Positions 24,194 through 37,095 of a stretch of DNA of 64,000 bases are shown piece by piece (positions within the stretch are counted from its first letter, which is position 1; every line of letters begins with the position of its first letter). The notes below the pieces were generated by a model that searched no databases, was not told where the DNA came from, and saw only the letters and a list, made by a program, of their open reading frames with translations. The position numbers were made by a program, and so were the translations under genes. The stretch covers positions 1-64,000 of the forward strand of contig JAQGDQ010000317.1 of the NCBI GenBank assembly GCA_030141605.1, given 5' to 3'. The stretch is from Tubiluchus corallicola (lineage: Eukaryota; Animalia; Priapulida).

Positions 24194-25825
24194 GATGCAC
24201 AGCACAATCTTAATGATGCAAATTTAGCTCTTTAACAAATTTGTGGCAATTTTATCATCCCATCATAAGAATAGGTGCTTGAAATTAGGCGTCAACTTGC
24301 GTGTGTTAGTAAAGGTTGGTGAGAATTCCCTTAACAATGCGATCAGCTCCAATAACTTGACTCATCGATTTGTGTCACTTCAATTCACTCTCTTACTGTT
24401 AATCTAGATAGCACTTCTACTGACTCTACTGTCTAATAAAGGCTATTTACCCACCAAATGCATCTTAACACGATACTTTCATCAATTTCTTAGGATTTGA
24501 CTAGTTAAAGCAGCAAATTATTTTTTATTATAATTCTTCCCAATATTTTATTTTAAAATAAAAAGTGGTCGTGTTCATTTAGAATTCTCATTAGATGCTT
24601 AAGGTTTCTCGTAACTTCAAAATAAAACTGTGTTTATTTCTCTTCATGTTGGTAACTCGAGTTCAGCCATTCATTCTTTACTAAAATTTAATAATGTTTT
24701 GTGCTTATAGATACTGGCATAGGTATACAATTAGCTGGTAATTACTATAGCTTGGTTGTTAATTTATGGCAACAATGTGACATAGTTATGCAATTAAGGT
24801 GAATAAAATTTTAATAAATTTATTATTATTTAATTAAGTTATTTATTCTTGTTTGTAAACTATTCATATATACATGTACGAAAACAGTCACTAGCCCCTG
24901 CAAAATGTTCACTACAGTAGCCAGGTGTTGTCACAACATTACAAAAATAACAAAAATGATAGATATAATGTACAACACGATTATAAAAATGTAACAAATT
25001 ATACAATATGATCACATGTTAGTGACTATCTAATTCAGGCAAATGCACATTCAAGGCAAGTATGTGGTGATGTGAACATGGCAATGTGGTAATTGCAAGC
25101 AATCCCATAATATTCTTCTGTTCACAGGGTAGAGTCAATAAGTGAGTAAATTAAAGCACTGTGGTACAACAGAATCTGGGCAGCAAGTCATTTGCAATTG
25201 CACCAACAGTCCACAGCATTGCCATTGCAAATGGACCTTAAATTTTACATTAAATGATGCAGGCTTTACAGCTATTGTTTCTAATGTAACTTATGACAAT
25301 GTTCTTACATATTTGTCACTAAAACAGAAACTATCCTTTAACAAGTAATTAATTATATAATTTTGGATAATGAACTGTAAATACGCACAGCAATTGTGCT
25401 AAAACGTCTAGCTTAATAGCACGTATTGCAAACATATGAGAAAAATTCTGGACAAGACCTAGATAAAAAAAATCAGTGATCATAAATTATTTACAAGATT
25501 CTAATAAGACAACCTTGCTCTGCTACATGACTTATTCTTGCTTTTATCTATACATATACAAAACACTTTGAGTAGTAATATCATCACTCTCTGAAGATTG
25601 CACAGTATTATAACAACAGTGTTACAAGTAAATAGAGTATTAGATAAATATTTGTCAGTATATGATAACAAACACAAATAGATACTAGTAAAATAGATGT
25701 AAAATAACTTGCGAATTACTTTTGTTTTCAATTGCAAATTTCTATTTTCTTTTTAAAATCTTACTACATCATAGAAAAATATAGTTACACTTTGAGCACA
25801 TTAAGGTTTCATGTTTCCTGGTTGA

Positions 25826-28800
25826 CTACAAATTCTTTCTCAGAAACTCGTAGACGTGTTCAAACACTAACAACATAATAGCTCCACCTGTGAGGACAAA
25901 CAATAGATGACATAATAGTCGAAATGCATAATATCACTACAATACTTTATGCTGAAGTCTTAAAAATATTAAAAACCAAAGCATTGCAAAATTTTCTTTC
26001 CAACGTCAATATGATCCACAGGAAATAACATTCAAAGTTGTTTTGACTTAATAAATGTATACTCAACATCATGCAGTTTCAAATAAATGCATTATCTGTA
26101 CACATGAGGCAGACTGCCAACCAGAGTCATACTGGTGCTGCCAACTTGCTACGACTTTCTGACAGAAAAGGCACAACAACTCAACAAGTGCTTCAAATGC
26201 ACTTGTACCAACAATCTAATGAGAGCAGCATAGCTATTACAATTGCTATTAGCAGCAAGTATATCAATTTCATTTGTATTTGGTTTTTACATTTAGTTAC
26301 AATACATAGAATACATACCTGGCCCAAGTCTCATTATCTTTGGTACCCAACCTTTAAACAATGCTAAAGCACTGAAAAAAAACAACATAATGCTTAAGTT
26401 CCAAAGACAGGGCAAAATCGCACCGCTGCAATAATAAATCAATTCAACAGGTCCATTAACTCCTACTATGTTCCACGTACTGAATAGTACATGGTGTAGC
26501 TACCATTACTGACAGAACAAACAAACTTCATAAAGGCAACTCATCGCACACTAATTGAATTTGCAACTTAAAGTTCTCTTGCTTAGCCTGTAATTGAAGC
26601 TCATCTGTGAAACTGCAAAAGTAGCTTACCAACAACTGGCAAAAGTAAAAAAGGGGTACCAAGAAATAAAAAATTATAACATTCACAATGCAATATCCAC
26701 AGAAATGATAATTACGAAAGGTCTCATCGCAAATAACTGATAGTCAAGTGACATTTCACTCACAAGTTACAAAAAGTATGTAGATAGTTTTCTAGATTTG
26801 GCACAATAGGCAGTTATTCCTTTTTCTTCACAGCAACTGTTCCACTAGTAGTTGTTACCATTAATTGTTTTGTTCTAATACTACCCCAAAACGAAAAACA
26901 GTTATAAAAAATGGTCTTCCAAGTACAAGTTACACAACCTTAACAGATATAAATCAAGACAGGCCGAGTAGCTTAGGGCACAATAATTCATTTGGAATAA
27001 TTTACAGTACCATATCTCACTTAAATACCATTATTTTTGATTCACATTTAAGCACCGTAGGTAAAGATTATATGAACACAATGCACAAAGTTTAAGTACA
27101 TCACAGCAGTCAAATGCTTTTAAACTGTTCAGACGAATTCAAGAACTTATAAGAACCTGCTTTTTTCTTTATCAAAATGAAGTTCAAGCACCATGAATAT
27201 GAGAAACTCGTTGGTTTGCTAGTCTACAGTGATGCATTACACTTGTATAAAATAACATTCAGATATTTTATTACAATCATGTGTTAAGTTTTTTTCAAAG
27301 TTGAGCTTAAGATAAAAAAAAAGTTCACTCTAGTTTTTGCCTTGGAGTGTATGGTTACTGACAATACCTTTCTTGTACTTTTGAAGTACACAGTATCGTC
27401 CATTTATAGGTTCCAATATTGTTAGGTATTTGGTTTCAAAATTTCACCTGGCATTAAAACGAAAATACGGCAGCAACTTACAATAACTTTTAACATCAGC
27501 ACCTAGGACAACGTACCCACACCAATTAGCAGATTAGCAAAAACCTATTTTATTATTCATAATTCAAAACAGAAAAAAGCTCACCCCTCTTCTTTATATA
27601 CAAGATTCATTGCTTGAAAACAAGCACGGTACTTGACTTCTCCAGCAACTGGCTGAGGTCCCTGTATGCGACTTTTAGCAACATCGAAGGGTATGTTAAC
27701 AGTAGAGGCAATAGTACCGGCAGCAAGCCCAATGGCAAACTTTCGGCAAAATTCCAATCTAGCATCCTGGAACCAGATAATGGAATTAATAATACACAAG
27801 CTACTTAACTATTCAACTAAATGGTTAGTGTAATTTAAAATCAGAAATGGAAAATCCGAGAAGCACCCTTCAAGATATTTATTTTAAAAAACTAGGCAGT
27901 ACAGTTTTAAAGATGTTTTCAGCTTTCTTATTTAAAAAACTGCCTCAAGTTTTAGTATTCGTATTATAAATATTCGTTCATGACAAGAAATACTAATTTA
28001 AAATAACTAAAATTTTTTGCCAGGGTACAAGAATACGTTTATAATCATTATTATTTTGATTTGCTTATGAACAAGTTATTTTACAATGCTTTGGCTTGCA
28101 ATAGAGAATTTTTTAGAGATAGATAAAAAGATAACTCAGTTCAGTTCACAAGCTACCAACAACTCCCTGAGAAGTTGTCGAGATGGTAAATAGAGAAGGA
28201 TGAGTCGTGAATTGATAATGACTTACAATTAGACTTGTAATTATTCTTAAAGAATTAATCATAAATGCTAATTATGCTGTAATCTAAACATAGTAAACTA
28301 GAAGCTACATGATAATGCTATCAGTAAGCATTTTCTTTTTACTACTAAACCAGTTATGGATTACGAAATTGCTTGAATGGGATTATTTCACCCTGTGGGC
28401 CTTGGGTTCTTTGTGATAAGTAATCTTAAAATCAACATTTAAAATTTAAACAAAAATATTAATACAATTCACATAACAAGATATACCTCATAATGTGGCA
28501 AGGCATCTTTAATGTTATGATAGAAGCCAAAGTAGATCATGTTCCACACACCGTGACGCCCAAGTGTGGCTGTTAAACCTTTGTTCAGTCCACGAAATCC
28601 TAATCCATTGCTATGTACTATCTCTCTCATTGTAGCATAGGCACTTTTTTGCTAAAATAGTTCACTAAAAATTTAGACAAATGTGGCTTCACTGTTCCAT
28701 ATGTACTAGTAGAAAATTAATATTCCAGTCAGAATACAAACCTCGAAGAAAATAATACTATTTATGCAAATGTGGGTGTTGCACTAGCGAAAAAGTACAG

Positions 28801-31800
28801 ATAAATGATAAAATTCAATTGTTGGCTTCAAGGCTGATTTTAATAATTTTAGCATTGTGGACTGGGATATGTACAAAGTAGTTCAATTCCATTAATTTTG
28901 TTTTCAAGCACCTAACTGTATAGTATTACTGTATATCTTTTCTCTACAGATCTGTTTTACTGCATCTTTTATGAAAATACATAATTAGTCATTTTTATAT
29001 ACTGTAGGCTTTGCTATAAAACTGGTTGCTTTTCATATACTTCAATACTTTGAAGATGAATGCTAGGCTGGCTAGGCCAGTCGAAACATTTGTCATGCTT
29101 TTGATATTTTATGTTTTAAAATTTTTATCGCGAGTTGTTTCTTTTAGTAAGTCTATTTTTAGACTGAAATTAAATGCAAAAGTATAATTTTATTAATTGT
29201 TCAACACTAATAAAACTAATAAATGCTTAGATGATAACTGGATATGTATAATGCTTGAGTTCCAGCACTAATGAATAAATAATGAAGAATAAATTCCTAC
29301 TAAGATCTCAAATCTCCCTAAGCAAAGTACACCTCCCAACTCACCTGCAACAAGTTCACATCACGCTGTGATTGCAATGTAACTTTCACAACCTCAAAAG
29401 GATTAATAACTATTGCCTCGGTGAGTCCTGCAAACAATCCAGCCATTGTCAACCCCTGAAACATACTGTATACAGATTCGGGTAATAAAGATACAAGTAA
29501 AAAAACAATAAAGATAAAAAGTCAATAAACAAAACAGGCAATGGTAATACAGACAAAAGTAAATCAGGCAACAGCAAAAAGACACAACAAAAAGTTAAAA
29601 ATGTGGTAGGTAATAAAAATTATGAAAAAAAATCAAGGTTCAAAAAATATCAGACTTGAAAAAAGCAAATCTGAAAAAGCAATAGGTAAATAGGTATATA
29701 CATTTTGCAGAATGACCACCAATCTGGGCATGTGAGGTATAAAACGTTTAGTGTCCTGTAATTTTTAGCTTTTTCTAAATGAAGTAAGTGGCTAAAGAAA
29801 AAGGAAACAAAAACATTCATGTAAAAACACATTAAACTGTAAAACAAAGAAATTCATTTCAGACAAGTCAATGATTAAGTGACAGCTTGACTGCATGATC
29901 AGAAAGTAATTTAAAGGTAGCATGTTGATTACATTTAGAATCATTTATTGTAACAAAGCATTCTTTTTGCTTTGCTTATTTTATTTTAGATTTATTTACC
30001 TTTGCAATTTTACTGTGCTACCTTTGTTACCTTTGCTTTTTTATCCATCGACTTTTTACCCAATGAGTTTTTTCTTGTGACGTATTTACCATTTCCTTTT
30101 TTGCAATTGCTTTTTTACTATTCTCTTTCATATCACTGTCTTATTAACCTCAGTGTCTTCTTCAGTGTTGTTTTTTTGCTTTTGTTGTTACTAAATATGT
30201 GTTTTACATTTCATTTTTTACTTTATTTTTTATGTGTATAAGAATATGTAAAAAAAGAACACAAACTAAGCACATAAAATGCTGTCATCATTAAAAATTG
30301 TGGAACAAGTTTTAAATAGGTTTATCACTTACCAAACCACTTGGAGTTGGTGCACCAAATGAGCACAATTTCTTGTATTGTTCAAATGTGAAAAACTAAA
30401 ACAGAAACTTCAAGTTTTAGGTATAAGTAAAGATGCAATTAAAAAATTAAGCAATTTAGCAAACTATAATGCATTCACAATAATTACAAGACAAACAATC
30501 CAAATAATATACTTCTTAGGTAAATCTGGAAGTCCTACACATTTCATCAAATAGGTACTAAAACATCTTCATTTTGTGATGCTTGAACTTTTTGTTTGTA
30601 AAACAAAATGGCTTACAGTAGCAGCAGTTGTGTTACAAACCTTTGTTGCCCGTTTTGGCGTTTCAGCAAGAATGGGTGGCAAAATTCCTTTGTAGAATGA
30701 AATAATACTGAAATAAAAAATAACAAGCTTCGTTAAACATTCTTTCACAAGTAACATAGCCCCCACAAAATAATATCCAAAAATTACAAGCTTTATTAAA
30801 CCCGTTAGGACTACAAACCATGATAACATAATATAAAATAGGTATCTGACATATTTGTATTTCACTATCGATTGTCTTTCAAACACTATGTCGTAAACTT
30901 CACCTTCGACTTTTCTATTTCACTATCCATTGTCTTTCAAACACTATGTCGTAAACTTCGCCTAGGACTTTTCTATTTCACTATCCATTGTCTTTCAAAC
31001 ACTATGTCGTAAACTTCGCCTAGGACTTTTCTTTCTCTTATGTGCTATGATTTCACATAATTGCCCCTGCTGTGCCCACAGAATAAAAAAGTAATATCTT
31101 CTTATCACATTTTAACATTTTTGATATCATAAATTCATGGTGAACAAAAGAGACTGTGTTTCTCTGTATTCTTAATCTCAAAATTGACATAATTTTTTTT
31201 TTGTCCACATAGGACCAAGGACACACCAAGGACCAACTATTTTCTAAACATCCATCTTAGATCCATATTCATCTTCAGCTAGTTTAAATTTTTATTGCAC
31301 ACTGCATTTTGTAATTTTGTTAAATCTAAAACATGCTGTGAACAATAATATAATGATTAAAACAAATCTATCACTTTCCATTTTCATTTTTTGATCTTAT
31401 AGTGCTTCAAGTTTCAACTATGTTCAAGAGCAAAAGGTTTTTACAGCTTCATCAGTATGGCAGTCATAATTTCAAAATAGACATACAAGTCACTCACGTA
31501 GTTGCATAGCAGGTAGACAGAGGTGTTCCTCTTTCGCTTTAGTTAGTAAAAGTGAATAGTACCCAAATTTTTCACATTTCATGATCACGGTCTCCAAGAT
31601 TTCAAGCGGATGGCTGACCTTCAGTTAAGATTAAATTTTGACTCATGTTGTGATGGAATGAGTATAATCTTGATTTAGTATTTTTTAACTGTATACTAAA
31701 GCATACATGTATGTGGCTGAAAAAAGAAGCACTTGTAATACAGTTTATCAGTAAATTAAGACTGAAGTGCGAAACAGAACTGCAAGCAGTGACATTTTAG

Positions 31801-34117
31801 TGCTCTGACATCAATAAATAAAGTACATTTGCTGCAATAATAATACACATGTGCTTGTAAAAGTAATTAGACACTCATATATTTAAAAAACAAATAATGG
31901 CTATGCACTCTCAGTACTTCACCAATATTATTTACATCCATACTGCACACTGTGGTAAATGTCAGTACTAAGGTAATAAAATTAAATTTTTAATATTTCA
32001 GTGCAGAACAATGAATGTAACAAACCCTTCTTGAGCATAAATACGGCGAAAACAATCCGCAAGTGATTTGTAGCGCTGTAAGTCATCAGCTCCACGCTGT
32101 ATCTGAAACCTGGTTTTGACAAGGTCCAAGGGATGCATAAGTGACACTTCTACAAACCCTGAAATTGGCCAAAAAAGCAGTAAAAAATTAGGAGCAAGTG
32201 CAAGACACAAATTCGTATTATTTTTTGTTTATCAAATATCACAAAGGCTACATTTCCCTGAAAATGCAGTAATACATTACAGTACCCCAAAGTTAAAAAA
32301 TAACACAACAACTTCATAAGATCAGTTTGTCGACAAGCATTGAACTTTAAAGCAGTCAAACTTTAGCATCTGACAGTTTCATCCTTAATAAATTGAGCAT
32401 CATATAAATAAGCTCTGTACCTCCTGGCACTCAAGGCAATTAGAAAATGCCGACAGCTGTAATTTAGAAAGGATTATCATCCAACTAAAAGCAATCATCA
32501 CACTTTTGCTTTTCGGGGATCAAGGAAGCAGTACGGTATGTCTGGTATGGTATGGCAACAGCCATACTACTTTTTCGGCTAATTACCAACGTTTTTATTA
32601 GTATGAGAATTTCTTAAACCAACTTCTTCATGAAGAAATGAAGCAAGCGATCTTAAATGAATTTTTGTAATTTTTAGTGGTAATAATCACATTTGGAGAT
32701 TTTTTTATTTTCCTTTTTATTGATTAGATTATATAAATTAGTATTTTTAAATAATAATTGTACATAGGAATTTTGACACAAATTTCTAAAATTCATACAA
32801 AGCCTTTGCAATGCATGCTAAGGTGACAAGTGATGACTCATACTTTATGTACATATTTTTATATTACAATATCACACTAATGAATGAAATATGACAGGAC
32901 ATTATGGAATCCGGCTTTATTACAATGTAAGCAGTTGCTAAGCACAGACACAGAACTTTTTGCTTTGCTTGCATAATAATAGGCCTAATTTATGGTATTT
33001 TAACAAGCTTAATGCTTCCAGGAAAAGAAGTAGCAATTAATTAAAAAAACTGATAACTTTCATTACATGATTAACCTTGCTCTATTATTGGTAAGTACTA
33101 TTATAATTACAACATGTATTTACGCTTGTTCTGAAAACATATGGTTTAATTTGCATAAAATTGCGAAATTCGTCTGGTTCTTCCAGCTGCAACCTGTGAA
33201 ATATCTGGGAGAAACTTCCTTTCTCAGTTCTAGGCAGTAGCCACTTTTTTGCCTGCAAGCTGTTTTTAGACTTCTCTTTCTTTTCTGTACAGACTATAAT
33301 AATAATAATTAAAGCACACTTTTGCTTTTGCACAACCTTTTGTGGAGACAAATTTAAACTTATATTATCAAATTTAAATAAATTTTTCTGATTTCGTTAA
33401 TGACCCCGATAGTCTAAACACACGTACACTTATCCGGGATACATGACGTACATAAGTGTCAGTCACTCACGACGGGAATGCACAATAATATAAACGGGGA
33501 GTTATATTGACAGCTTTCATCGCGTAGACTTAAAATAATAATAATAATAGTGATACATTATTTACCAGAACTACCAGGGAGACCATCAGTGCAAGCTTTA
33601 ATGCTTTTGATTGCTAAAATGCATTTTTTGGACATTCATTTGCACCATGCAGTTCAGCCAGCAGAATAATTAATCTATTTTTACATATTGTGCAAATGAT
33701 AAATCATTAAATGTCGGACATTGAAGCTTAGAGCAGAAATACAAGTGTGCCCTGACATTCCACGCACCACGGGAACCATATAAAATTACACTAGATAATG
33801 TTACATCGTTGCCACGCATTCCGCAAGCGCCCTACAATAATATTCCGAAAGGAATGCTGCAATTTTTATTTTAATTGAGTTGAAATGAATGCTGCAGTAT
33901 CTACAATGAGATTCAAAAATCTTTTTCGTTAACGTTAACACATCAGCTTAAATCAACTAAAACGACATTACTTATGAACAAATACTGTACCCGCACAGCC
34001 GCCTGCGGCAATTTGCATGAAACCCAACTTTACCAATCCATGTTTTCGTGAATCAGAAGCTACTAGTTTCTTGTCAAAAAGCTCCTTTTCGACTTGCCTG
34101 TCCATAGGAGCCGACAT
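25826..34117 (-). CDS. SLC25A21: Mitochondrial 2-oxodicarboxylate carrier, copy A (about 320 aa, 9 coding exons)
   Basis: Exons 34117-33991, 32158-32026, 30707-30641, 30395-30333, 29455-29345, 28651-28487, 27766-27585, 26371-26319, 25887-25826(TAG), all phase-consistent. Carrier signatures HPLDLVKTR, NPFEVVK, IPFDVAKSR; ODC-type PPILAETPKRATKF, LGRHGVWNMIYFGFY, PKIMRLGPGGAIMLLVFE. Confidence 0.93.
30858..31033. repeat. 58-bp tandem repeat x3 (intron of ODC copy A)
   Basis: CACTATC(C/G)ATTGTCTTTCAAACACTATGTCGTAAACTTC... starts at 30863, 30921 and 30979. Confidence 0.95.
33130..33250 (-). mobile_element. PIF/Harbinger transposase N-terminal relic in intron 1 of ODC copy A
   Basis: Translation WLLPRTEKGSFSQIFHRLQLEEPDEFRNFMQIKPYVF resembles the recalled W..R..G.F..L..EL..ED...FRNF.RM...F segment of Harbinger transposases. 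No DDE core follows. Confidence 0.55.
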
Positions 34118-35565
34118 GTTGGAACAGATGGTGCCATCTACCGCAAACGTAGGTGCCACATTCTCAACTACCATAATTAGAATTATTATGATAATTTTAA
34201 GGCCTTTAATTTTGATAGGACTTCGGAGTCCTAAAACCGATGACCAGTTGAACAAAGTTAATGTTATTGAGTAAACCGGAAACAAAATTATTTAAACTGA
34301 ATATGTGAGAAACAAGGATAATATATTATATTTTTATTCTTCTTTTTTGTATATTGCCAGTAAGCACTTATGATATTGAGACTATAATCCCAATCAAGAT
34401 AAACCACTATGTGACCCACACATTTGGATAGCAATGGATACAGGACATAGGTCATTTGGATACATCAGATTTTCATAATAAATAAATTTCAACGTGTGAA
34501 TAATTTTCAGGATCAGCGGTATAGCACAATTGAATGTAGAGCTGTGCATAACCAGCACGTATAGGCCTTTTGTTTAACTTAGTTTGATAGCCATAGACCC
34601 CTTTTAATGTACCATTAATCCGTCCCTGTGTGTGTCATAATGGTCCAATGACATCACACCCTAAAGTAGACTAAAGAAAGATAAAGTCTTATTTTGACGT
34701 TCTAAAGTCATATATTTTTGAACCTGCAAATTTTTAGCGCTGCTTGTTTTTTGCAAATTATGGAAACTATATAAATTTAGACTCTAGGCTATAGATAATC
34801 TCGTTTAATCGACAACTTTATTGGTACATTATATATAACAATTTATTTGTTTTGCTGCAAGAGTTAATAGTTTGTACAAAACTCTCGGTGCTACTACTGT
34901 CTACTAATAGCCATAAACACTTATTTCATGAAAATGTATTTCTATATAATTTACCTGTATGTAAACTCATTTTGCTAAATGGCTAATATTACAGAACATT
35001 TATTCATGAAAGTCGTGTTGAAACAACAGAGAATCTAACAGCCTGCTAAAAATAAGCCCCTGTGCAATGTTTTGTGTAGAAGACTCATGTGCATCGCACA
35101 GCCTATGATTTTGAAGTAGATAATATTTCAATAAATCTAAATCTGATCTAAAAAAAAGACTGTATGATCAGGACAGAATGGACTGGAACGACCAGACCTT
35201 GATCTTGTCTAACAGGTTGGACCATGATCAGTGAACATAGCATAGTGACTGAAACTCAAAAGATAAGCTTGCAAAACATCTGCATACTGTGTTGGCAGAT
35301 ATTTAATTCATCTCTGGATCTCTGCTAGTCTATGGTGTCGTTGAATTTTATGGTCTCAAAATTGCAGATTGTGCAAGATGCACAGAAACATCTACACTAA
35401 AATTTATATTGACACATACTATAAGTTCTCCATTGTTTCAGATAGTTGATGCAATAAATTCTTCTTTACTGTTACTGTTATTTCCTCTCTCTGGTAAAAG
35501 GCATATATAATATGGTACACGCTATATTGCGACAGCAGTGCTTTGATAATTGGTATTATACGTAA

Positions 35566-35947
35566 TAGGGGTGAGCATTCTCTACCAGAAAGCGAATTCG
35601 AATCGAACCGAATTTGTGACTTTCGAATTCGAATCGAACCGAACTTCAGTGTTTCGAATTCGAACCGAATTCGAATTGAGATTTAACGATTTTCGAACAA
35701 GATTTCGAACCACCAGTAAAAATTGGTCTTACAAAGATCATGTGTATCACTAGATTTTGCTCCGCAATAAAACGACTAGTAATTTGTTTAAAATTGTGCA
35801 CAGAAATCACTGCTAAATTGTGTGTTGTTTCAATCGTTTTAGTGATCAGGAACATATGTGATTGAAGTGCTAAATTATTCGAATCTATAGTTTGGGATTC
35901 GAATCGAGTTCGAACGTTTGAACTCGAACGTTCGATGCTCACCCCTA
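35566..35947. mobile_element. hAT-type MITE, 382 bp
   Basis: Perfect 13-bp TIRs (TAGGGGTGAGCAT / ATGCTCACCCCTA), perfect 8-bp TSD ATACGTAA (35558-35565 and 35948-35955), and dense subterminal TTCGAA/TCGAAC motifs. Confidence 0.9.
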
Positions 35948-37095
35948 ATACGTAATGTAACGCATATAAATATTTTCATATTACATTTTTTTAACTTTAA
36001 CCCAATGACAATGTGATGCGCGCGAGGAAAACACAACACAGAATGGTTGGTAGTTATCGGTTAGTTTTGCGTGGTGTAATGGTTTTCCTACGTTTTCTGT
36101 TCCTGTGATTCTAATCCTAGTAAATATAATTTTCAGCTACTTGGTATCGCAAGTTGATCGAAATCGACTCATCAAAGCGCTTTTAAAATTTCTTGCGTTA
36201 GTTACAATAATTATCACATTTTAAAAAGTTAATGAATTGAACCGTACTCGTGATGCAAGTATGGGGTCTTTATTACGTTAAAATACAGATTACAGCAAAA
36301 CTAAGGCCGGATTAATGCATCATTCGCACTCATAATAACGAGTAAAGTCTAATCTACATGAGCAAATTTTTGTGACACTGAAGTTAGACTCACCTGTTGG
36401 TGAGCGTGCTAGTTATCCAGGCTTGGCTTTCATGTTAGCTATCACTTCTGGTGTACAAGTACAAGCTATAAATTTCTTCACAAAGCTCCAAAGCGTTTGT
36501 GCCGAGCTGTAATCAACATGTTAAGGCAGAATAATATCATAATCCTGAAAAGTAGTGAAATTTTGATGGGGTCGTGCTTTTGGAAGTAATGAATTTGACA
36601 GAAATCATTGACAACTTGAGCAAGTGATATCAAAATAGCAAAAGCAGCTCTTTTGCCTGTTCCATCTGTCTGGAAGTTTCAGCTTTTCCTAGCCTAACAC
36701 TACTTATAAATCAAACATTCTTAATAATTTCTTAATCATCTTGCTTAAGTAAAAGTTGCAGAAATAGTGCAAAATAAATTCTCCGTATTTCACTTGCTCC
36801 ATCATTTTCTAAAGAGTTGTGCTGTTTAGAAATGGTCCCAGGGCAACTATTTGAAGATAACACGAGGTTAAGATATTTTATTACTACATATTAGACTGAA
36901 AATCATCTGGTGAGCTGTGAATTTTTCAGCAATTGCAACTTGCATGTGCATTGGAAAGAAGTATGCTGTTGAGAAACTATGTGCAATGGAATTATGAATG
37001 TGCTCAATCTATGCAGCTAAAGAAAATATTGAAATCTACGATGATTAAAGTACTTATATTTTGGTTGATTTTTTTTAGATAAGAAGATAAGCAAC

